Below are positions 47,467 to 54,906 of a stretch of DNA of 64,000 bases, piece after piece. A program made the translations under genes and the position numbers. The stretch is taken from the sequence record NC_070952.1; one strand, given 5' to 3'. The number at the start of each line of letters is the position of its first letter. Position 1 is the first letter of the stretch. A model generated the notes under the pieces. The model searched no databases, had not been told where the DNA came from, and saw only the letters and a list, made by a program, of their open reading frames with translations.

Positions 47467-48552
47467 ATGAGTACAGTATCTGGCGATAGCTGGTCACCGT
47501 CTCGGAAAGCAGCAATTGTTGAAGGTATCGAATATTTCAATTACACCAATCAGGATATTATTGTCACTGATCGGTTGGGAATTGAGATGGAGATCCTGCG
47601 GCAAGAAGGACGACCTGAACGATTAGAAGATCGGGGTAAGGTGATTGTCCGGGTTACTCGCTTGGTGGATCCAAGACGGGTTACTGTTTCCAATACGGAG
47701 TCCCAGTTAGAATGTGACCATCAGTTCTTGGTGGCATTCAATAAAAAGATCGAAGAGCTAAAAGGGAAAGTTACCCCGTATGCCTCAGAACTTGAGCAGA
47801 CCCGAATGACTGTTCAAATAGAGATGCACTTCGATTTCCTTAATTTCAAAACAACCCATAAATCTAACCTGCTCGGGATTACCATCCGCGAAACTACTAA
47901 CGTAGTGGATAAGTCACATGGTAGCAATCCGATTGGTTATATTAATGACCAGATTGTCAAAGATCTGGAAGAAGTAGACCACGAAGCCGACAACTATACA
48001 AACAAGGGAATTCGAACTCTCTTTTCTGCACGGTTGATCGACAATCAAAATAGATTGGGTATACTCTGGACCAGCGGTTTCGGGAGTCTAACCAAAATCA
48101 TACCAGTGATCGATGAGGAGCAACAAGACGGGCTATACTTAGCCGGTGGACTGAGACTACAACATAAACAATTTATCCCGATTGAAGAGTTGCTAGATCC
48201 TAAGAAACTATTAGGGTTTAATCTACACGCCACCGAAAGGGAGGCGAGAAAACACACCACAGGAGAATACACGATATCGGTTATGTCCGATAATGATAAA
48301 CTACGAAAAGAAACCAAAGAGCTTAAGGTCGAGCAAAAGAAACTCACTTCCAAAGTAGATGAACTCGAAATGAAAGCAAGGGTCGAAAAGCTCAATAGAG
48401 CACAAAGTGATTTTAAACAAACAGTGACAATAGAAAAATTGAAAGAATACCGAACGGATGATTATGTAAGTGGCTTAAACCGCTTTGTAACCAGTATAGT
48501 CGGTAATGCTAAAACTGTTCTTACTTTGCTACAGCTCTTGAAAATTATTTAG
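47467..48552 (+). CDS. Conserved hypothetical protein with a C-terminal coiled coil
   Basis: AGGAG SD supports ATG 47467; precedes nvRNAP beta N-half. Confidence 0.75.
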   Translation: MSTVSGDSWSPSRKAAIVEGIEYFNYTNQDIIVTDRLGIEMEILRQEGRPERLEDRGKVIVRVTRLVDPRRVTVSNTESQLECDHQFLVAFNKKIEELKGKVTPYASELEQTRMTVQIEMHFDFLNFKTTHKSNLLGITIRETTNVVDKSHGSNPIGYINDQIVKDLEEVDHEADNYTNKGIRTLFSARLIDNQNRLGILWTSGFGSLTKIIPVIDEEQQDGLYLAGGLRLQHKQFIPIEELLDPKKLLGFNLHATEREARKHTTGEYTISVMSDNDKLRKETKELKVEQKKLTSKVDELEMKARVEKLNRAQSDFKQTVTIEKLKEYRTDDYVSGLNRFVTSIVGNAKTVLTLLQLLKII

Positions 48553-48567
48553 TTTATAGGAGAAGAA

Positions 48568-50259
48568 ATGGATCCGCAAGTACTCAAACCCCTCCGGGAA
48601 CAAAGAGGAAGTTTTACTCAGGAGTTAGTGGATAGCTGGCACAAAAAGGACATGGACCGAATCATTCCCCATTTAGAGGAAGCGTTCCGCAACATGTTCA
48701 AGTCGCTGCAAGAGAAAGGCTATATTTTCGACGGCATCGAAGAAATGGATCCGATTGAGTTCTATAATCAGATTACACGTTCTAGTAGTAGCGGAACGAA
48801 AGACTTCGAGATTGCGAAAAACAGTTTCTTTGGTGTCAGGATTTTGAATCACTTTAAAGATCCCGTAACCGGTGTAGAATCTGAACTGAAGAGCCCATTG
48901 ATGTTCCTGGCTTATACCAACAAGCACGGTGACATCTTAACGCGAAACAGTACCTATAACTTGCAGTATGTGCTTTCTGAGCGCGGCCCTTCTGTAGACG
49001 GTGGTCGTGATAAAACCATCTTCATCCGTGTACTCGGCTATAAATTTAAAGTCACAAAAGAGATTCACACGTTTAACCGAGTTTATCGTAACAACGGTAA
49101 TATCAATACCAGTGCAGTGAACATGACGTTACCTGCAAACCGTTTCATGAACTCCAAGAATGATCGCAAGATCACCAGTAAGAAAGTTCCTATTCCATTA
49201 CTGGCGTGGTATGTCTTTGGCAAATATGGTTTTGGCCATTGCATGAAAGAATTTGCTGAATGTGACTATGTGATTGATACACTCGATACGCTGCTGGATA
49301 TCTGTCCAGAATCGGAAGGGTGGCAAGTCATGAGTAACACCGGTGCGATTCACCCGAAAGCATTTGATCGTCCAAAAGGCACGCCACTCTTAGCAGAACC
49401 GGCGTTGGCGATTAAGAGCCGTAATAAAGGTGGAGAAATCAGTAACCTGGCATTACAGTACGCCGGCGGCTTATTGTTTATGTTCGGTGTCTTCAGTCAT
49501 GAACTCGACGTGCGTCGTTTAAACGATGTCGATTATTGGCGACTGATTATTGGACGTTGTTCGATACGACTTCCACAACGCACTGATCCGAGTGTCTATC
49601 TGCGTCAGATGAATGAACATTTCACCAGTATTGAGGAAATGGCAGATAACATCACGGTTGAGAAGTATAACAAGTTTGACATCAACATCAGTTCGACGTA
49701 TGACCTGTTTAACTATTTGATGCTGAACTATTCTTCTCTGATCAAGTTGTATGATCCGGCAGACATGTTGCACAAAGAACTGGCCTCTATGGAATTCTTG
49801 GTGGACTTCCTGATTCATCAGGCCAATGACTTCCGTTTCATGATCCGTAATAAAAGTAACATCACCCCGAAAATTATCAATCGTGAATTGGATACCCATT
49901 TCCGTTTGTTCAACATTGATAAATCGGTACGTGAAAATAATACCATCCTCGAGCAAACCGGTACTGATAATCCACTTATCGACTTTGGTCTGGGTATCAT
50001 TCTTCAAACTAAATCCACCGTTAACCGCGGACCTGGTAGAAAGAAAGAAGATTTTGATGCCAACCATCCTGGCAGCGTGATTCATCCATCGCAACCATTC
50101 GTAGTGTCTTATCAGTATGCAAGTAAACCGAATCCGGATGGCCGCGGAATGCTCCAACCTCGAGTTTATTTAGTACAAGGTAAGTACACTGCGTTGCGTG
50201 CGGAAGATCGAGCACTGTACGAGGCAACAAAACGCAGGCTTAAATTTAGAGAGAGTTAA
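48568..50259 (+). CDS. Non-virion RNA polymerase beta subunit, N-terminal half (phiKZ gp123-like)
   Basis: LMFLAYTNKHG...RNSTYNLQYVLSERG resembles beta P-x-MT-x-x-G-x-F-x-I-x-G-x-E-R; position after the capsid gene. Confidence 0.8.
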   Translation: MDPQVLKPLREQRGSFTQELVDSWHKKDMDRIIPHLEEAFRNMFKSLQEKGYIFDGIEEMDPIEFYNQITRSSSSGTKDFEIAKNSFFGVRILNHFKDPVTGVESELKSPLMFLAYTNKHGDILTRNSTYNLQYVLSERGPSVDGGRDKTIFIRVLGYKFKVTKEIHTFNRVYRNNGNINTSAVNMTLPANRFMNSKNDRKITSKKVPIPLLAWYVFGKYGFGHCMKEFAECDYVIDTLDTLLDICPESEGWQVMSNTGAIHPKAFDRPKGTPLLAEPALAIKSRNKGGEISNLALQYAGGLLFMFGVFSHELDVRRLNDVDYWRLIIGRCSIRLPQRTDPSVYLRQMNEHFTSIEEMADNITVEKYNKFDINISSTYDLFNYLMLNYSSLIKLYDPADMLHKELASMEFLVDFLIHQANDFRFMIRNKSNITPKIINRELDTHFRLFNIDKSVRENNTILEQTGTDNPLIDFGLGIILQTKSTVNRGPGRKKEDFDANHPGSVIHPSQPFVVSYQYASKPNPDGRGMLQPRVYLVQGKYTALRAEDRALYEATKRRLKFRES

Positions 50260-50263
50260 GAGA

Positions 50264-52630
50264 ATGTTGAATAATGGCATGAACCAACGTGGTGTGTTAA
50301 CTGGCGCGCGCACCAACCAGCAACAACAGGCAATCCCTGGTCAACAGCAACAACCGCAACAGCAACAGGCTAACCCTTTGGCGATGTTAGCACAAGCAGC
50401 AAGTCAATTTGCAGGTAAATTGAACAACCAAAACAACAGCATGGCGTCGCTGTACAGTTATGGTCCTTCGCACACTAATTATGCCGAATTGATCGGAATA
50501 GGAAGCGATGTATCTGACGAGCAAATCAAGGCCCAAGCACTTTCTGAAGGCGGGCATGTTTCTTATCAGGTAGTTCAGATCTGTGTAAACCGTCGTACCA
50601 GTAACTTTATGTACCAGCAATGGCGCTATGCACTGGAACGTTTCAAATCCCCAATGCGTAGTGGTCAACACGACCCGGTCATGGAAGGGTTTGTAAACGA
50701 CATCGACAGCCGTCAACCACTGCACAACTTTATTGTTGCGCAAGCGGGTATTCAGATGGGTGCGGTGATGGCTTGGCGTTTAATGTCTGGTGATGATAAT
50801 GTTCGTCAACCTGGACCTATTCTCCAAGATATCTTTTATAAGTCTTGTATTGACATCATTACTTTACAGTTCCTGGATCATCTTTCTCACCATCCACAAC
50901 TGTTCCACCGTTTATCCCCACTGGCAAAGTCCGAGCTGGCTAAACGAGAAGATCCGACTTTCCAGCAAGTGTTGGAACGTTATGTGTTTGCGGGGTTAGA
51001 ATGTCCGTACAGTAAAGGTAAGCTGGCGAGCATCATTGAAAACGGAACCCTTCATAATCCGTTATTGGATGTACCTACCCCAACCGATATGGGACTGGGT
51101 GGAAGCATTTTTGATCTCAACCCCATTCACAATGCCGGTAATCAGGATGTGAATGATTTAAGCAATTGGATTAACCAAAAGGCTGCACGCACTCAACATG
51201 CGCAACTGTTAGACGGGAACTATCAGCCCGCCCAACGTAACGTTATGGATGTCCCAACCTACGATAACTTCGATCGTCCGAAATTGAACATTGAAGATAT
51301 TAACCGGGAAAATATCCACATGTATGATTTGAACGAATATATCAAAGAAATCCCGGATACGGGTTGGTATGTTCTTCATCGTTATCATCTGGATAAAATC
51401 AGTAAAGCACTGCGTTTGGAAGACGGCAGTCACTTCTCCATGCGTGATACTAATGTGCTCGGTAAGCTGGCGGTATACCGGTTTAACTGGCAACAGAAAA
51501 CCTTTGCATATCGTTTCATTAACTATAGCGTTTTGGATGCTAAAGAAATGCAAGAGTTACTCAGTAATCCTTCCGTCCTCCTTCCATATATGTTTGAAGA
51601 AGATGGTGTCCAGAAAACAACCTTCAATTTGAAGGACATGGAAACCTCTGAATTCATCCGTGATGGATATGTGGTTCCTATGGAAGAAATGAAGACATTG
51701 GATAAGAAGCCCGATCTGTTAGTGGGTAGTCGTCCAATGAAAGCTAACCAGGGCAACGAGAATACCTTGAGTCGTATTAATGCGTTCACTACATCGCATG
51801 ACCCAAAGAGCTCGTTAGATGCGTTTGTGCTGCCTATGGTTAACACCCGTCAGTGGAACCTGGATGCAGGTACCGATATGGATCTGTTCTATTCCCAGTT
51901 CAAACTGATGGTTCACGGTAACACCGAAGAAAAGATCGACACTGCTCGCGTGATTCGTACCCTGCGTGGTCAATGTCGTGAATTTGCTAATCAGGAGTTT
52001 ACTGATTTCCTGTCTAGCTATTTGACCAATCTGGTCAACCGTTGGTTGGTTGAGTCCCGTGGTTATGCTGAAGATAAGAAAGACAAATCGCTGGAGTATC
52101 TGCGTATCGGAGATATCTTTGAAGATCTGGATGACCTCGTAGAGTATCTGAGACAAAAAGATAACCCAGCACTGCGTGCATTCATGGATTATGGATCTAA
52201 CGACTATTTGCGTAACGGCATCGAAATCCTGTTGGGTAAAGATGAAACACGTAAAGAGTTTGAAGAACTGTATAAAAATGAAGACGAAGCCATCCGTGCG
52301 GTAATGTTAACTGAATCTAAACGCAAGATCATTTTTACGCGTCAAACTGTATTCATTAATATGATCAAAGAAAATGGCCCCGTTCAATTGGACGCAGTCT
52401 ATATCAAGGAATCAATCAACCCGAAACTATTCGCGATAGTAAGGAAAGCTATTGAAATTGGCTCGCGTCATTTCAAAGAGTATCCTCAGGTGTTGATGAA
52501 GTTCCATAAAGATGAAGGCAACAAGGTTTGGGCGTTAACTCGTTCTGGTCTTGATCCTGAAAGCGTATTCGTATTACGCGCAGTGTCAAGTTTCGAGGAC
52601 TATGTACATCCAGTCCCTGTCTGTGAGTAA
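50264..52630 (+). CDS. Large conserved hypothetical protein with a Gln-rich N-terminus
   Basis: 788 aa from ATG 50264; NQQQQAIPGQQQQPQQQQANP. Confidence 0.75.
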   Translation: MLNNGMNQRGVLTGARTNQQQQAIPGQQQQPQQQQANPLAMLAQAASQFAGKLNNQNNSMASLYSYGPSHTNYAELIGIGSDVSDEQIKAQALSEGGHVSYQVVQICVNRRTSNFMYQQWRYALERFKSPMRSGQHDPVMEGFVNDIDSRQPLHNFIVAQAGIQMGAVMAWRLMSGDDNVRQPGPILQDIFYKSCIDIITLQFLDHLSHHPQLFHRLSPLAKSELAKREDPTFQQVLERYVFAGLECPYSKGKLASIIENGTLHNPLLDVPTPTDMGLGGSIFDLNPIHNAGNQDVNDLSNWINQKAARTQHAQLLDGNYQPAQRNVMDVPTYDNFDRPKLNIEDINRENIHMYDLNEYIKEIPDTGWYVLHRYHLDKISKALRLEDGSHFSMRDTNVLGKLAVYRFNWQQKTFAYRFINYSVLDAKEMQELLSNPSVLLPYMFEEDGVQKTTFNLKDMETSEFIRDGYVVPMEEMKTLDKKPDLLVGSRPMKANQGNENTLSRINAFTTSHDPKSSLDAFVLPMVNTRQWNLDAGTDMDLFYSQFKLMVHGNTEEKIDTARVIRTLRGQCREFANQEFTDFLSSYLTNLVNRWLVESRGYAEDKKDKSLEYLRIGDIFEDLDDLVEYLRQKDNPALRAFMDYGSNDYLRNGIEILLGKDETRKEFEELYKNEDEAIRAVMLTESKRKIIFTRQTVFINMIKENGPVQLDAVYIKESINPKLFAIVRKAIEIGSRHFKEYPQVLMKFHKDEGNKVWALTRSGLDPESVFVLRAVSSFEDYVHPVPVCE

Positions 52631-52670
52631 TCAGTAGCAAATAAGTTAATTCATGAATTAAGTTAACCTG

Positions 52671-52698
52671 GAGAACCTACCTTAACGGGTAGGTTCTC
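52671..52698. terminator. YTAC-family hairpin
   Basis: GAGAACCTACC-ttaacg-GGTAGGTTCTC then TTTGCTT. Confidence 0.7.
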
Positions 52699-52819
52699 TT
52701 TGCTTCTGTATCGCTCACAGAGCGCCTTTTATTATATAATAGATGAATGTATCCTTTATATAGCAAAAGCCGTTCAGAGGCTTCTACACACCCTTTACTT
52801 ATACTTTAGGACAGCATTA

Positions 52820-53251
52820 ATGAAAACCTTTACTACTTCTATTTTTGTACCGTCAAAAGCCAAGAAAGAATTGACCTTACTGAAGACAGAAGAGTTGTCA
52901 CAACGTCTGAACAAATTGCGTTTCTCTCAGAACACTACTTTTGGGGAAGGGGCGTTGGATGAGATTCAAGAGAATGAAGAATTCATTCTTATTGTCAACG
53001 GTGAATGTGAACGCTACTCCATTCGCTTGAAAGGGATTAACAAATGCAACGGTAAACTTCGACTCATGGTACAGGAACCTGCCTTGCCCGAAGTCCGTCG
53101 TTTTCTGGAATGGCGTTTGGATAAGTCCAAAGTGATGTCAGCTAATAAAGGTGCATTACTTCAGCTGAAGAATTTTACTATTGAAGATCTTCGCCGTCTG
53201 ATTCGTCATGCGCTTGTTAATCAAGAACGCACTCTCATTAATTATCGTTAA
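52820..53251 (+). CDS. Hypothetical accessory protein
   Basis: ATG 52820 with AGGA SD; 143 aa. Confidence 0.65.
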   Translation: MKTFTTSIFVPSKAKKELTLLKTEELSQRLNKLRFSQNTTFGEGALDEIQENEEFILIVNGECERYSIRLKGINKCNGKLRLMVQEPALPEVRRFLEWRLDKSKVMSANKGALLQLKNFTIEDLRRLIRHALVNQERTLINYR

Positions 53252-53261
53252 GGATAAATAA

Positions 53262-54191
53262 ATGGAAATCAACATCATCAAGAACGCAGATGGAACTTAT
53301 ACGTTAACTCTCGAACAGATCAAAGGGTTAGAGGACGGAGATCTAAAACTCCATAATGGTCGTCTTTATGTTAACGGGAATAAATCACCCGCCGCGGTAA
53401 AGTTCTTAGATATCAAAGATGTTTTATTTACTGAACATCGTCATCCTGATCATTCAACATTCAATCAACCTACCCAGATCCAGAAGAAACAGTTAAAAGA
53501 ATTACCTGATGTTTTTGAAATCAAAGGGATTCGTTTAAAAGGTTCCAAATCTACTCCCGAGATTCAAACGGCCATCAAGTCTCTTATCGAGATGATAGAT
53601 GATGATTTAAATGAACATCCTTATATCTGGGTAGAGCGAGCAAACATGTTAGCTGCCTATGCTGGCGAGGAATCTAAACCTTATTTGCTTGAGATTTTAA
53701 ATTCAGCTATTCCATTGAAATCAGGAATGAAATTAGAAGGGTTCTCCGCTAAAGAGTTTGATGAGAAGTATCTTCATACTCGACCATCTCTATATGAACA
53801 AGCGCAGCAAGAATTAAAACTGGTGCGTGCAGGATATAAAATGATCGATGTAAGTCCTCTTAATCTTTCCGTGGAACTTGAAGAGATGGAGAACAGTAAG
53901 GTTAAACAGCTGGATAGTTTACTCAGAACGTTGCACGAGTCTTCTAACAAACACCGACCTGAAACATTTGAGCAGTTCAGTAGCCTTGCTTATTCTCTTT
54001 TTGAATTGTACTGTTCATGTGTCGATGATAATTCAGTTGAAGACAATTGGTTACTTGCGATCAGATTGCAATCCCAGTACTGGGATTCTTTCCGTGGATA
54101 CACGATCACCATTTTGCGCCTCTATGTTGATTTACTGTTAAACGATCAATCTGAATATGAGTTAAAGACACCAATCCCTGGTATGGAATAA
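53262..54191 (+). CDS. Hypothetical accessory protein
   Basis: 309 aa, AAGGA SD, AT-rich codon usage. Confidence 0.7.
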   Translation: MEINIIKNADGTYTLTLEQIKGLEDGDLKLHNGRLYVNGNKSPAAVKFLDIKDVLFTEHRHPDHSTFNQPTQIQKKQLKELPDVFEIKGIRLKGSKSTPEIQTAIKSLIEMIDDDLNEHPYIWVERANMLAAYAGEESKPYLLEILNSAIPLKSGMKLEGFSAKEFDEKYLHTRPSLYEQAQQELKLVRAGYKMIDVSPLNLSVELEEMENSKVKQLDSLLRTLHESSNKHRPETFEQFSSLAYSLFELYCSCVDDNSVEDNWLLAIRLQSQYWDSFRGYTITILRLYVDLLLNDQSEYELKTPIPGME

Positions 54192-54222
54192 CGCCCAGAA
54201 TTCAGTTACAAGAAATCTCAGA

Positions 54223-54241
54223 CATATATAATTATAGTGTA
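54223..54241 (+). promoter_or_regulatory. Putative phage early promoter motif
   Basis: CATATATAATTATAGTGTA. Confidence 0.6.
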
Positions 54242-54301
54242 TAAACAATAAGTATTAATCTCTAATGCTTAAACTCATCCTAAACTTAGTAAGGAAATAC
54301 C

Positions 54302-54847
54302 ATGACTAACAAAACTACTGCTACTGAAAACCTGAAATCTACCAACACCCAGGCTGATAATGTTATCAATGTTGGCGTCGAACTGACCCCAGAGCAAGCT
54401 ACTCAGGTTGCGGAAGATCTGGTAAAATCTAACGACGTGGTTGCCGAAGTTCTGAAAGGTGGCAAACTGAAAGGTCTGAAAGCAACTGTGAAGAAACGCG
54501 ATTGGATCAGCATCATCGGCACCGGTGTGATCGGCATGAGCGGCGCTGCTGCGGACATGATCGTAACCAACAAACTGATCAGCAATGTTCACGGCGAAGA
54601 TGCACCTCAGTACTCTGTTAAAGAAATCATCGGTGTGACTGTGGTCACTGGTCTGGTTGCATCAACTGTGCGTGCTGGCCTGGACTTCGTACCTCAGGTC
54701 CATAACAGCGACGCTGTTGGCCTGGCGGCTTCCAGCTTGGTGGGTAACGGTTCCTTTGTTGCTGCATCCATGCTGCGTAACTCTGTGCTGGGTCTGGTCA
54801 AAAGCAAATTCTCAGTTTCTGTTGAAGAGCTGGCTGAAGAAGCATAA
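54302..54847 (+). CDS. Probably highly expressed membrane-associating protein of unknown function
   Basis: Three Gly/Ala-rich hydrophobic segments; optimal-codon bias similar to the capsid gene; own promoter motif and terminator. Confidence 0.75.
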   Translation: MTNKTTATENLKSTNTQADNVINVGVELTPEQATQVAEDLVKSNDVVAEVLKGGKLKGLKATVKKRDWISIIGTGVIGMSGAAADMIVTNKLISNVHGEDAPQYSVKEIIGVTVVTGLVASTVRAGLDFVPQVHNSDAVGLAASSLVGNGSFVAASMLRNSVLGLVKSKFSVSVEELAEEA

Positions 54848-54853
54848 GTAATT

Positions 54854-54881
54854 CCCTACTCTCCCAATTGGGAGAGTAGGG
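54854..54881. terminator. Perfect 28-bp palindrome (YTAC family), convergent junction
   Basis: CCCTACTCTCCCAA|TTGGGAGAGTAGGG; long T-run about 11-24 nt downstream. Confidence 0.8.
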
Positions 54882-54906
54882 TTTCACTGTGTTTATTTTT
54901 TTTTTA

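Noticed and set aside
52731-52751. ATTATATAATAGATGAATGTA as a fifth early promoter copy
   Set aside because: It matches TATATAAT but the TGTA is displaced by 2 nt and the CA start is missing; too weak to call
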